From the NCBI RefSeq assembly GCF_006345805.1, contig NC_043006.1:67952001-68016000 (forward strand): 64,000 bases of DNA, read 5' to 3'. The stretch comes from Octopus sinensis. Its lineage: Eukaryota. The notes under the pieces are model-generated. The model saw only the letters and a program-made list of their open reading frames with translations, was not told where the DNA came from and ran no database searches. Shown here piece by piece: positions 1 to 12,970 of this stretch (position 1 is its first letter; the number at the start of each line of letters is the position of its first letter). A program made the position numbers and the translations under genes.

Positions 1-780
1 TGGCACGGGGCTCTTGCAGGCCAATCCTCTTCATCAGGGGGAGCAGCATTAGCACTTCCACTGTGGAGGACGAGTCTTCTCGAGTTCAGCAAGGAGCCAG
101 ATATCTCAAAGTTCGCCTTGAACCTATGTGGGTCTGAATTCAATTCTTATTTCTTTATTGCCCACAAGACGCAGGAGTGGCTGTGTGGTAAGTATCTTGT
201 TTACGAACCACATGGTTCCGGGTTCAGTCCCACTGCATTGAACCTTGAGCAAGTGTCTTCTACTGTTGCCTCAGCTGACCAATACTCTACAAATGAAATT
301 TGGTAGCTAGAAACTGTGTAGAAGCCCACTGTATATGTATGAGTGTGCCAGAGAGAAACTACCAAAACATCAATGGCTCAAACACAAATACATTGTGTTA
401 CACAGACATTCTCTATCATTCTCCTCATTGGAAATGCAGTGACAGACTCTTTGGAAACCTGAAATCTGTGGTGCTATCGTTCACAAAGGCATGACTGAGA
501 GGAACTAAAAAAGCTAAAAAGATATCATCATCATCGTTTAACATCCGTTTTCCATGCTAGAATGGGTTGGATGGTTCAACCAGGAGGCTACACCAGGCTC
601 TAGTCTGATCTGGCAGTGTTTCTACAGCTCAATGCCCTTTCTAACGCCAATCACTCCATGAGTGTAGTGGGTACTTTTTACGTGCCACCAGTACAGGGGC
701 CAGAGGAGGCTGGAAACGGCCACGATCAGATGGAGCTTTTTATATGTCACTGGCACAGGTATCACAACTACAATTTCCAT

Positions 781-1385
781 TTGATTTTCATTTTGATGTT
801 ATGTACTTGACTCAATAGGTCTCCTCAAGCACAGCAGGTCGCCCTACAATCCAAGGTACTTTTGAATGGGCTGGGGCTGGTTAAGCTAAACTGGTATAGG
901 ATACAGCCATGAACTCACTTTATTTGCTGGGTCTTTGCAGTCACAGCATATCTCCAGAGGTCTTGGCCTTTCGTCATTGCCTCTGTGAGGCCCAAAGGTC
1001 ATGCTTGACCACCTCATGCCATGTCTTCCTGGGTCTACCTCAACCCCGGATTCCTTCAACTGTTTGGGAGTGGCAGTTCGCACACATGCATCGTACAATC
1101 TACCTTTCACTCTGAGTGAGAGGCCCTTTGTCACCAGCAGGGGTAAGAAGCTTTCTAAACTTTGCCCAGGCTATTCTTATTCTAGTGGTGACACTCTCTG
1201 AGCATCCACCCCCACTACTAACTTGATCACCTAGGTAGCGGAAGCTATCAACTACTTCTAGTTTCTCCCACTGGAGTGTGATGGAATCTGTTTTCTGAGC
1301 ATCTGTGATGTTTATTGCCCCTGTGCATCTGCTGCACATGAAAGCTACCTTCTCAGTTATCTTTCTTTGATGTTGCTGCACCTCT
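781..1385 (-). mobile_element. RTE-clade LINE 3' fragment with internal deletion
   Basis: KLEVVDSFRYLGDQVSSGGGCSESVTTRIRIAWAKFR and KGLSLRVKGRLYDACVRTA, then a jump to an RGRPRKTW-type segment. Confidence 0.85.
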
Positions 1386-2235
1386 TATGTGTTCATAACT
1401 TACACTGGGTACATCTTATATAAAAATATATTTAGAAGTAAATGACTGAATACAAAGTAAACTTTGGGAAATAGAAAAGACATGAGTTATTTCCCTTACA
1501 ATGTCAACCATTATTTCTTTCTATTGTCATTGCAAAGATTTTGTCAGTTTGATACATTAAAAATATATTAAAACATGTTATAACATCAAACAGTAGAGTC
1601 TATTACCATATAAATCATAGTTTGAATGACAACAAATCAGGTTCAATATAATTTTAGCTTCCACCTCGGTCGAGGGCAAGTCCAATTATTGTTTTTGACT
1701 GACCAAACATAGATCAATGATGGATATTATATAATATCTAGATTAAAACTGACAACTAGTTCTTTTCACTAGCAGGCTTATGATCAAAGACATTCCAACC
1801 ACAATCATCCTATCTTTTATTCAGACATTGCTCAACATGTCCTTAGATAGAAGGGTATAGTTTAAGGGAGATTTGGCTGCTATTTTCAGCAAGTCAAGCA
1901 ACCATGTAGATCATTAGATCATAGTTAAGGATTGTGTCAGAGAGAGTGATCTGCACTCACTAATCCCTTGGTGACCATACTTCTACAGAATTCCATTGGC
2001 TATGTTTCAGTTAATTTCAAAATTAATCCAGAATTTTAGGATTTAGTACAATAATTAAAATGATGTCCATTATAAAATTTGTGTTTGGAACAAAGTTCTC
2101 AGAAAGTGCAATGAAAAGATTAAATTTAAAAATCAAAGATTTCAAACAAGAAGTTTCGTATGATGGAATCAGCAGTGGTAGTTACAAGTGGATTTATATC
2201 TTAAAGGGTGAAAATAAAATTGCTGAAAAACTTAC

Positions 2236-2330
2236 CTGAATGAGATGAAATCATCAGAATTAGAAAATGTCATAACACGTTTACTGTCTTCTTTTGGGAC
2301 GGGATATAAAAATTTTAGAATATTTTTCAC
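2236..2330 (-). CDS. IMP4: IMP4 exon 7 (95 nt); later exons lie left of the window
   Basis: atttttctag|...|gtaagt. Encodes VKNILKFLYPVPKEDSKRVMTFSNSDDFISFR. Exons 1-7 splice into one open frame of 689 nt. Confidence 0.96.
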
Positions 2331-2984
2331 CTAGAAAAATCATGTTAACATCTTTTAATATAAACATCACCTATGTGGAATACTTCACACCATCCACATA
2401 TTTATCTTAAAATATTTACATTAGAAAAAGCAATCATCATGTACAAACAGTTTGTTTACATTTGTTTCAAGTGAACGTGATCCCAAGATGTGTATTTTAC
2501 TAGACAAAACAAGACATTTCTAAAGATAAAAATCTGCTGAAATGCTTTTAAAGCAAATTTAAAAGTTTGGATTCAACTAATAGCTAATCAACTTATTTAA
2601 CATTCAGATTACTCTGTCAAATGTAATGCTTATTTATTGATAGTTTTGAATTAATCATGCAATATTTCATAGTTTCAAGATATCAGTGATGTGATTGTTT
2701 ATTTTTAGAATGACACTGTATGGCTGGTATGAGAGGCCAGATCTGACTAGTTTTAACTTAAACCAGGTAAAACATTTGAGCTGGATATGACCAATTTAAA
2801 CAGTAAGAGGTTAATAGTTTCAGTGTGTTGTATATTCTGATAACAGGATATACAGACACAAACACCACAGTCTGTAACGTTAAAGAAAAGTTAATTCTCT
2901 AAACTGGTCTTTAGGGAGTTATGCGTGTTTATATTTAATACATTTGACAAAAGGTTCATCATTTAAACTATCAAGACTCTCTTT

Positions 2985-3322
2985 GAGGAGACCCCCTTTA
3001 GTCATGAATGACCATGGGATTGCACCTAGAAAGTTACCCTCCGAGGCACAAGTCTGGGTAAGGTTTTTATGGAAGGCCAGCAGTCGCCCATGCATACCAG
3101 CCTCTCCCTCCACACCACTGATGTTATCCAAGGGAAAGACAAAGGCCAATACAGCTTGGCACCCATGATGTCGCAAACACATTTCTACAGCTGAGTGAAC
3201 TGGAGCAACGTGAAATAAAGTGCCTTGCTCAAGAACACAACACACAGACTGGTCCGGGAATCGAACTCACAACCTCACGATTGTAAGCTCAACGCTCTAA
3301 CCACTAAGCCATGAGCCTTCAC
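2985..3322 (-). mobile_element. tRNA-headed CORE-like SINE; second copy at 43193-43527 with 15-bp TSD
   Basis: Head ggcttagtggttagagcg...ggttgtgagttcgattccc, then gtgttcttgagcaaggcact...ctcagctgtagaaatg. The 43.2-kb copy is flanked by agcta(c/t)gatataaag. Confidence 0.75.
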
Positions 3323-3477
3323 AACTCTCTTAGAGACATGATTTTAAAAGGATTAAAGAAGTCTTTTCTCTACCCTAATTTTCTTTTGTGTATAGATGCA
3401 TGCATTTATTATTCTACAATTACAGGGATTGGCAATTTAGTAACATAAAAATCAACATGAATTATTACTTCACTTAC

Positions 3478-3632
3478 TCTTCTTCCAAGCCGTGTACCGA
3501 AGTTGTGGAATATAAGGTGTGGGTAAGCTTCTGACATGGTTCCTACATCAAGGATATCATGTCTCATGATGACATTGAACATGGAAAAGTAAGCTGTCGG
3601 CCCATAGGGGAGATGAGAGATTGTTAATGCAT
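3478..3632 (-). CDS. IMP4: IMP4 exon 6 (155 nt)
   Basis: cttccatgtag|...|gtaagt. Encodes [52 protein letters not shown]. Confidence 0.97.
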
Positions 3633-3864
3633 CTACATGGAAGAGAGAAGAAAGAATGAAATAAAGATGTGCACTTTTGAAGGGACTGTTTTACAGCATA
3701 ATAATATAAATCACTTGAACATGGGGTGCAATGTGGCAAGGTAGCAAGGCACGGATATTAAATAAGTAGGATGTGCAAAGGTTAGAAGAAAACAACTTCT
3801 GCTGGATGCTAACGAGTATGAACAAGAGATTACAGATGAACAGAGAAAAAAAAAAAGATAAGTA

Positions 3865-4257
3865 ATAGATGGGATGGAAGCACTCCGTCGGTTCCGACAA
3901 CGAGGGTTCCGGTTGATCCGATCAACGGAACAGCCTGCTCGTGCAATTAACGTATAAGTGGCTGAGCACTCCGCAGACACGTGTACCCTTAACGTAGTTC
4001 TCGGGGATATTCAGCGTGACACAAAGAGTGACAAGGCCGGCCCTTTGAAATACAGGTACAACAGAAACAGGAAGTAAGAGTGAGAGAAAGTTGTGGTGAA
4101 AGAATACAGCAGGGATCACTACCATCCCTGCCGGAGCCTCGTGGAGCTTTAGGTGTTTTCGCTCAATAAACACTCACAACGCTCTGTCTGGGAATTGAAA
4201 CCGCGATCCTATGACCGCGAGTGCGCTGCCCTAACCACTGGGCCATTGTGCCTCCAC
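3865..4257 (-). mobile_element. Young tRNA-derived SINE in IMP4 intron 5 (older relative at ~59570-59880)
   Basis: Head ggcacaatggcccagtggttaggg...ggtttcaattccc. CpG-rich body. Confidence 0.7.
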
Positions 4258-4624
4258 TAGCAATAGAAGAACCAGCCATAGTATGCAAAATAGGGAAACA
4301 CTGACTATATGGTGGTGTGATGTAACAAAGTACCAAACAATTCAATGGAAGAAAACAAGATAGGAGAGGAAGACACAAGCAATGAGATATAATCTCAGAC
4401 AGTGAAAGAGATTATGAAGGACTACAGCCAGAGGTAAATGGCAGTATTGAGACAGACACACCTAATTTATGATGCTTGTATGAGAAAACAGGCCTAAAAT
4501 GATGATTATAGTTGACATACACAAGGAGAATGTAAAACTCAGACTAGCAACAAAAGGAAGTGAAAACTGTGAATAAACTTTACAACAGAGTTTTATGAAT
4601 TCAAACTCATACATCATGTATGCG

Positions 4625-4655
<31 letters not shown>

Positions 4656-4656
<1 letters not shown>

Positions 4657-5047
4657 TCTTTTACTCTTTTACTTGTTTCAGTCATTTGACTGCTGCCATG
4701 CTGGAGCACCGCCTTTAGTCAAGCAAATCGACTCCAGAACTTATTCTTTGTAAGCCTAGTACTTATTCTATCGGTCTCTTATGTTGAACCGCTACGTTAC
4801 GGTGACATAAACACACCACCATCGATTGTCAAGCGATGTTGGGAGCACAAACACGAACACATATATATATGTATATACATATATACAACGGGCTTCTTTC
4901 AGTTTCCGTCTACCAAATCCACACACAAGGCTTTGGTCGGCCCAAGGTTATAGTAGAAGACACTTGCCCAAGGTGTCATGCAGTGGGACTGACACCCGGA
5001 ACCATGTGGTTGGTAAGCAAGCTACTTACCACACAGCCACTCTTGCA
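4656..5047 (-). mobile_element. Dominant bipartite SINE (tRNA head + central TA/TG microsatellite + tail); representative copy
   Basis: Same consensus recurs at about 6303-6610(+), 9550-9910(-), 21600-21980(+), 31052-31400(+), 36101-36460(-), 48848-49200(+), 57173-57545(+), 57712-58125(-), 60605-61005(-) and 61440-61815(-). B-box ggttcagtccc, cttgggcaagtgtctt core, gagtaaaa tail. Confidence 0.88.
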
Positions 5048-6935
5048 CCTATATATATATATATATATACATACACACACACACACATATGTTGGCGGAC
5101 TCAGAATCATAATTAGTGTTGAAATGCCTCGCTGAATTTAGAGTTATGGCCCTTCACATTATAATTACAATTCCTATTAAGGCTGATTTTGTTTCATAGA
5201 CTTTTATTAAACCCAAAAATTTATACCACTCATCATCTATAGATACAGTTGATTACTGAAAGACCAAGCAACTGACTGAGCAAATGACATGCAAGCACAC
5301 CATGACATAGTGTTGAACTGGATAATGAGTTAAGCGTGTCACCGATAGGCTACCAGTTTCTGTCTATTGATTTTATCGAGGTTTTGGTTGACCCAAATCT
5401 ACTATAGAAAACACTTATTCAATGTGCTATGCAATGAGGTTGGAGCTATATATATTTAATGTAGTGAATATAAAAAAAATATTATTAATAATTATGCCGT
5501 CAGAAAACAAACAACCTTGCTCAGTGTCAAATGTGAATTTTATGAAGGAGTGTGGGGCCAAGTAGTTAGGGCATTGGGCCCTCAATCATGGGATCATGGA
5601 TTTTACTTCTGGAACAGGTTCAATGGGTCAAAGGATAGGAGGGTTGAGAGGATGTCCATGTCTGCTCAGGACTACATAGGCACCTAAAACAATTAGCAAA
5701 AGCACGTACAAGCTACCCGTTTGTAAGCAACAGCTAAGGTAAGCTTTTAATATTAACCTAATCTCAAAGCAGCAAGTTGGCAGAATTGTTAGCATGTCAG
5801 GGTAAAATGCCTAGTGGCATTTTGTCCATCTTTACGTTCTGAGTTCAATTCCATGTGAGGCTGACTTTATCTTGCATCCTTTTGGGGTCAATAAAATAAG
5901 TACCAGTTGAGCACTTGGGTTGATGTAATCAACTTACCCACTCCCCAGAAATTGCTGGCATTGTGCCAAAATTTGAAACCAACATTAATCTAACCCTTTC
6001 AACACATATGGAGGACAACTCTGGTCATATTTTGGACCTCCTCAGTGAAACAGACACCACCATATTTACTGAAGTAGTGATGAGAAACCCACTAAGATGA
6101 TGTACAATATTGTATATGAGTAGGTGTGAATAATTAGCATATTTTAAGAACTTTTAGAAACTAGTTCACTTAGGTTAATTACTCAGACTCATTGATGTAT
6201 GAAGTTTACTTTTTGTTGAAGAAAGTTTTTACTATTGTCAGCACCACTCCAGGGGTTTTGTCAATCAGACTGACTCCAGTGTCATTTTTGTCTCATGTTA
6301 GGTGCAGGCATGGCTTTATGATAAGAAGTTTACTTCCCAACCACAAGGTTCCAGGTTCAGCACCACTGCATGGCACCTTGGGTAAGTGTCTTCTAATACA
6401 GCCTTGTGAGATGGAAACCGAAAGAAGCAAAATGTGCATGCATGTGTGTTTCTTAGTGTCTGGGCCTCACCACTGCTTGACAACTGGTGTTGATGTGTTT
6501 ATGCCCCCATAACTTAGCAGTTCAGCAAGAGACTGATAAAATAAGTATCAGGCTTGAAACAAAAATAGTGGGGTCGATTCACTCAACTAGAATTCTTCAA
6601 GGTGGTGCACTCTGGTTAACAAATACACAGATACAAGATGGATTTTTGCATTGTTTCCATCAATCGAACATCCCTTACAAAAAACTGATCAACACAGAAG
6701 CATAGTAGAAACGTTTACTGCTATGCCAAGCAGTGGGGTCAATTCCAGAATCACAGGATTACAAAACAAATTTAACCACACAGCAATGTCTCTGCCAATA
6801 TGCAAATGTTTAGATTTATAAGAATATTCCACCCACACCAGCTGGAACAAACTCAGTACATAACACTTGAAGAAATGAAAACTTTTCATCTCGACTAATA
6901 CGGACAAAAATAGAAAACTGAAGCAGGCTTCTCAC

Positions 6936-7068
6936 CTGGAACTCCTCGATGTTCATGTAACAGGATCAAATCAGTGACATTATTGGCACGACAAGCATCT
7001 ACTAACTGTTTCAGTTCATAATTTCCTCGATTGATTTTCTTACTGTTTGGCAAGATTAATCGAATTTC
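6936..7068 (-). CDS. IMP4: IMP4 exon 5 (133 nt)
   Basis: ttttattgcag|...|gtgaga. Encodes EIRLILPNSKKINRGNYELKQLVDACRANNVTDLILLHEHRGVP. Confidence 0.96.
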
Positions 7069-9216
7069 CTGCAATAAAAGAATTATAATTATAATAATAA
7101 TAAAGACAGCAACTCAAATCAAGTATATGTTAACTAATATGTCCTTGTCTTAAGACTGTACAGAGTGTTGAGTGATTTGGCACTATTTCTAGCAAGTTGA
7201 TTAAGTATGTCATCACTTAAGAAGAGTTCTGTAATGGTAAGGAATAATATCAGCACAAAAAGTAACTGCCAGAAGGGGTTCTCATGACTTTTACAGTTCC
7301 TCCAAGATTGGTGAATGTAAACTGGACAGAGAAGGAATCCCAGAGGTGGTCCTAGATAGGAAGGATCAAGTAAAATAGCATTTGTTTTTCAGGTGGAAGT
7401 CTGCTACAATAAAAGACAATCCAGTCATGACTGTTGTATCTGTTTTTCAGACAGTACACCCAGGACCAAATTATACAATGTGTCCTACTTTTCTGAGACA
7501 GTAAACTGTGATTTGAGAGGGAGATTTAGCTGCTATTTCTAGCAGGTCGAGCAACCATGTAACAACATTCTCATTGTCTCAAACTAAGTAAAGTTTCTAG
7601 TACCAGATGGAGGCAGGGGCAGTTAAAGACAGTAGAGATAATAAGAGATGTGGTTTCATTCAGTGAACCTGATTCATAGGGGTAGAGGTAATTAAATAGT
7701 AGAAGAAAAGAGACAGTGAAAAAAAACCCAAAAATCCTTATATGTGAGAGTTAGCAGTTGTAGTGTGTTAAGTGTTGGATGTTTGTGTACAGCATCATCA
7801 CTATTGCAGATATATGAATATTTCAGCTTTGTAACAGGTTGTGACAGTGTTTGAGATGTCAATTTGGTAACATTATACATGTTAGGTTTCCTTGAGCAAC
7901 CAAAGATTATGACACTAATCATTTGTTACACTTAGTTGCTTGTTGTTCAAGCATAGAGAGAATATAGTACTCTATATAGAATATGCTTAGCTCGGTAGTA
8001 TTTCCACACTTACTGCCTATTACAACCGTTAATATCTATTGCTTTTGTGTAACTGAAGACAGAGAAACAGAACTTCAGATTTAATATAAAACTTACACAT
8101 TGCTCAGATGGTTTACATGTTATTGAGAATTATTACTATTATGCAGAGACAGGCATGGCTGTATGGTAAGAAGTTTGCTCCCCAACCACATGGTTTTGGG
8201 CAACTGTCTTCTGCTATAGCCCTAGGCTGACCACAGCTTTGTAAGTGGATTTGGTAGATGGAAACTGAAAGAAGCTCGTTGTGTGTGTGTTTATGTGTAA
8301 ATGTGTCATTATTCAGTTTTATTTCAAGATTGCTTGCCAATAGAGAAAGAGCTGGTTTCTAACCTAGATCTAAGGCTCCTTCATTGGAATTTCAACATCA
8401 ATGACAAGAATTTTAGAGGGTTGTATCCTTCCTTTTTTCTTTGTGTCAAAGTTTGAGTGTATGAAGCATGTGCTGTTTAGTGTCAGGTCAACCCTGATTG
8501 AATAGACCTTTGGCCTCCCAGTTCCTTTCATCAGGAATAGTGTATCTTACACATTACCCAATCTGTCCTTTTCTTTAAAACAATAGCAAGTGATTTCAGG
8601 GAAAATCGACTGCTATTTCTAGCAAGCTGAGTAATCATATAGATGCTTCTTGATTGGTTCAAAAGAAGTGCGGTAATGCAATGAAATAGTGAATGTAAGA
8701 AGTTGTTGCACATTTCTTATTTTAAGCCTTTTACTACAGAAATCAGATATATCCACCCAAAATTTCATTCACCTTAACTGTACAAAGCAGTTTTATAGAC
8801 CAATCTTTTTTTTTTTTTTGTGGAATGTCATGTTTGAAAGTATTCTTTATTGAGATATGTCAAGTTCAATGAGGCAATATGACTTGCAGAAAAAACCAAT
8901 TCTATTTTTTGGTAGATATTTAACATCTTTACTGGAATAATCATGAAATTTAATTCTGCAGTGAAAAGGTTTAATAGACTCTCTCTCTCTCTCTCTCACA
9001 CATATACACATATATATCAACTGAGGACAGTTCACAACTTGCAGCTGCAACTTCTTAATTGAATAGGAGATTCAAGATATACAATCCAAGAGCTCTCTCG
9101 TGGTATGTTGAAGAGTTATGACTAGAGATTAAAACTTGATTCGTAGTGTTCTATAGTCCTGTTCACCAGAAAATACAAACAGTTGATGTAATGAAGCTTT
9201 TATGAAAATCACTGAC

Positions 9217-9326
9217 CTTCGCAAATTGTTTGAGTTTCGCACTAGGATCGCGTGAAGTTGTGACCATTAACTGAGGGTCTTCAATACCAGCAGATTTATA
9301 TTCATCATCCATACTATTGATGATCC
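9217..9326 (-). CDS. IMP4: IMP4 exon 4 (110 nt)
   Basis: atgttacag|...|gtcagt. Encodes GIINSMDDEYKSAGIEDPQLMVTTSRDPSAKLKQFAK (Brix-domain TTSRDPS motif). Confidence 0.96.
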
Positions 9327-10843
9327 CTGTAACATAAGAGAATCGTAAAGTGTTAATAGTTTAAACAGTAAACAAGCATGGCTGTGAGGTTAAGAAGTTT
9401 GCTTCCTAACCACATGGTTTTGAGTTCAGTGCCACAGTGTGGTATCTTGGAGAAGTGTCTTCTATCATAATCCTGGGCCGACCCAAGCCATGTGAGTGGA
9501 TTTGGTAAGCAGAAAACTGAAAGAAACCCATCAAATGTGTGGGTTTTACAATCACTTATTTCAGTCATTGGACTGTGGCCCCGCTGGAGCATTTCCTTGA
9601 AGGGCTTAGTCAAACAAATTTACCTATGGTACACATTTTTAAAGTCTGGTACTTATTCTATTGGTCTCTTTTGTTGAGCTACCAAGTTATGGAGATGTAA
9701 ACAAACCATCAGTAGTTGTTACGTGGTGAAGATGGGGGCACACGCATTTATAACAGACTTCCATAAAGTTTCTGTCAACCAAATTCACTGAAAAGACACT
9801 GGTTGGCCAGGGGTCCTGGAACCATAGTAGAAGCTCAAGGTATTGCACAGTAGAACTGAACTTCAACCAAGTGATTGTGAGGTAAACTTCTTAACCACAC
9901 AGCCATACCCATATAGCTTTCAATTTTTTAACAAGAAATATAATTATTTGTACAATTGAAGCAATTCCAAATTAAATGATGTTTTTAGTTGTGGTTCTTA
10001 ATAGTAATTAGTTTTAAAATCTTTGCATAAAATGTAAGCAAAAACTAATGTTGCTGTATTAAACAAGTTTTTAAAAAAAATCTTTTAGCCAAGAGGGAAG
10101 GCAGTGTCTATGATCCTTTTCAGAACCTCCAAGACAGGTGGGAAGGAGAGAGAAAAATATCCTCAAACCAGAATCCCCAAAATTTGCAACAGCATGGACT
10201 CTATCAACAGCACAGAAAATGCCAGTGACGAGATGACAAGTTATTTCTTACCACCCAAGTAAGCCATGGCAGGATTTGAACCCTGAACACAAAGTGCCAG
10301 ATCATATAACTGCAAGGCATCTAGTCCAACATTATTCTTACAGTTCCATCAATTCTCTACATTGAATTGGTACTTTTTTTAATCAATCCTGAAAGGATGA
10401 AAGACAAAGCTAATCTCAACTAAGTTATTTTATCATCGTTCCCACCAGTTTCAAGGCTGCAGCACTGCTTCTACTCCTTTAACGAAACAATACAAAACAT
10501 GATATAGAATAAAAACAAACGTCCGTGTTGGTGACACATAAACGCACCAACCGATCGTGACCGTTTGCCAGCCTGCTCTGGCTCCTGTGCCAGTGGCATG
10601 TAAAAAACACCCACTACACTCACAGAGTGGTTAGCGTTAGGAAGGGCATCCAGCTATAGAAACACTGCCAAACCAGACTGGAGCCTGGTGCAGCCTTCAT
10701 GGCTTACCAGACCGCAGTCGAACCGTCCAACCCATGCTAGCATGGAAAACAGACGTTAAATGATAATGATGAAACATTATAAAAGGATATGACAATGGCA
10801 AAGTTACAAAGCGATACGAAATATATAAAAACAAGAGACCTAC

Positions 10844-10927
10844 CATCTGCTCCACTGTCATCCCATTCTGAACTTTTCTGGAGTCTAATGGCATCTTTCC
10901 TTATTTCAGGAGCAATAGGAACATTTT
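10844..10927 (-). CDS. IMP4: IMP4 exon 3 (84 nt)
   Basis: tctttttcag|...|gtaggt, phase 1-1. Encodes ENVPIAPEIRKDAIRLQKSSEWDDSGAD. Confidence 0.93.
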
Positions 10928-11399
10928 CTGAAAAAGAGATCAAATATAATACATAGAAAATTATGATGAGATAATGAAAGCAAAAATGACACTTTATCAT
11001 AAACAAGAGTAACTATTTAAAATAAAACACACTGAAATTTAATTTCTCGCTCATGTTCTGAATAAGTAGTGAGAGAAAATAATTCAAAAAGTGAAAAAAC
11101 ATCAGCCCTAAATATTCATATGTAAATGGTTTATATTTACTGGACTAAACCTCCAGATGGGAAGACATTGCAAATAATTGTTCTTGATGGAGGCAAGAGT
11201 TTAAAAAGAAGAGAGAAGTCGAGGCTCGTTACTGAAGAAAACATCATGACAACACTGATGGGTAACACCTACAAATGTGGTTGCTACAGCTGTAATTGTC
11301 ACTCCTGCATGGACTGTTATAGCTACAACAGTCACTATTCGATGAACACAGATTGAGACAAAACTTTTCAGGTGCACACTGATGGTCCCACAAGATGAA

Positions 11400-11980
11400 A
11401 GGATGCTATAGCAAACCTCTAGCTTCTCTCAGCACAGGATAATAATCGTCTGGAAGCCGTTCAGTGACGTGCAACCAAGAGAATACCCTCCATCAGGCAT
11501 TTGCCATATTCTGAACGCCTTACTTCCCTGGGCATGGATACATTGAAACTCCAACGTCTGGCAGCTGACTTGGCAGACACTCACAAAATTATTAACCATC
11601 TTACAAAACAATAACTCTGAGCACCTTTTCAAACTCCATCTGTCTAACACCTGTGGACATGTTTACAAAGTCAGAAAACAGCACAGCTCCCATGACTTTC
11701 AGAAACATTTTTTCATGCTAAGAGTTGCTGAAGCATGGAAAAAGCTGCCGGCATCAGTCGTTAGTTGTCAGAGCACTGAATCCTTCAAAACTTCCATGCT
11801 TCCTGAGATTCGCCAACACTACACCTGATTTTCTCACCTCCATACACATGCAAGCATGTATCTGACTCATACACTGTTCGCTTTCCAGACATTTGTACAT
11901 TACTGCATATACTTTATACGCACTTTTGACAAGTTGTGGTGCACCTGAGCACTGCATAAAATAATTTCATTATTATTATT
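11400..11980 (+). mobile_element. CR1-clade LINE 3' fragment in IMP4 intron 2 (antisense)
   Basis: LEAVQ*RATKRIPSIRHLPYSERLTSLGMDTLKLQRLAADL...HFFMLRVAEAW, ending in an (ATT)n tail. Shorter relatives at ~26745-26890 (-) and ~56175-56385 (+). Confidence 0.88.
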
Positions 11981-12071
11981 ATATAAAATCATATCTAAAA
12001 ATAAGTTAAAAGTAACTGAAATTGCAATATCTTCTAAAAACAAGGAACAAGACCAATCACAAGCAACTGAC

Positions 12072-12180
12072 CTTCAATTGACTGCAGCAGACGTTGTTTT
12101 TTCTCATGAATAGTTCGTTGTCTGTCTTCAATTGCTTTACGATAAAGATATTCTCGCCGCAAACGGGCTTGACGTCTCAG
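12072..12180 (-). CDS. IMP4: IMP4 exon 2 (109 nt)
   Basis: ttttttacag|...|gtcagt. Encodes LRRQARLRREYLYRKAIEDRQRTIHEKKQRLLQSIE, matching the conserved IMP4 N-terminus MLRR.ARLRREYLYRKA. Confidence 0.96.
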
Positions 12181-12257
12181 CTGTAAAAAAGTTACAAGAA
12201 TGAATCAACAGAGACACATATTGTAAGATAACACAAAATGTGAAAAATGCTGCATTT

Positions 12258-12520
12258 ATACTACTGATGATCCCTGTAACACAAGAGAATCATGAAGTGT
12301 TAATAGTTTAAACAGTAAACAAGCATGGCTGTGAGGTTAAGAAGTTTGCCTCCCAACCACATGGTTTTGAGTTCAGTGCCACAGTGTGGCATCTTGGAGA
12401 AGTGTCTTCTATCATAATCCTGGGCCGACCCAAGCCATGTGAGTGGATTTGGTAAGCAGAAAACTGAAAGGAACCCATTAAATGTGTGGGTTTTACAATC
12501 CCTTATTTCAGTCATTGGAC
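12258..12520. repeat. 263-bp dispersed duplicate of 9311-9573
   Basis: Same length and orientation, about 10 substitutions counted by eye, and includes non-SINE unique sequence. Flanked by catttatac at 12253-12261 and 12520-12528. Confidence 0.92.
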
Positions 12521-12970
12521 ATTTATACATTTATGTATTTATTCTCCTTAAGACAGCTGTTATTACTGAGACAATAATGTTTGTAAGATATTGTGGAATG
12601 TCAGACAGATGTACCGACATATAGACCTACTCCAGAAACTATTTGCAAACATACACACTATGTTGTAGAAGTTGCTATAGTCCAGATTATCCTTATAGAG
12701 TAAGCCAATAATCAGAGGGCATATCAGCCATGAATACCCTGTCTTTTCGTATACATGTGACATTATTCAATATCCTTCCAGTGATAATATGGCAAGGTGT
12801 GATTTAACAGAATATGGATTCTATTTCTAAGGGTTCGAGCAAACACATAGCAGCTCCCTTGTTAGCTCCTGTTGTGGAAATCAACTGTCAAGGTGAACGA
12901 CACTGATGGTCAACAATTAACTAGATCGCCACCAGTTACAGTTAATAGTGAACAAGTTAGTGAGGTATAT

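Noticed and set aside
1-125. Open minus-strand frame (RFKANFEISG…) as IMP4 exon 8
   Set aside because: No similarity to the expected HHxY…GPRFE segment and a weak acceptor.
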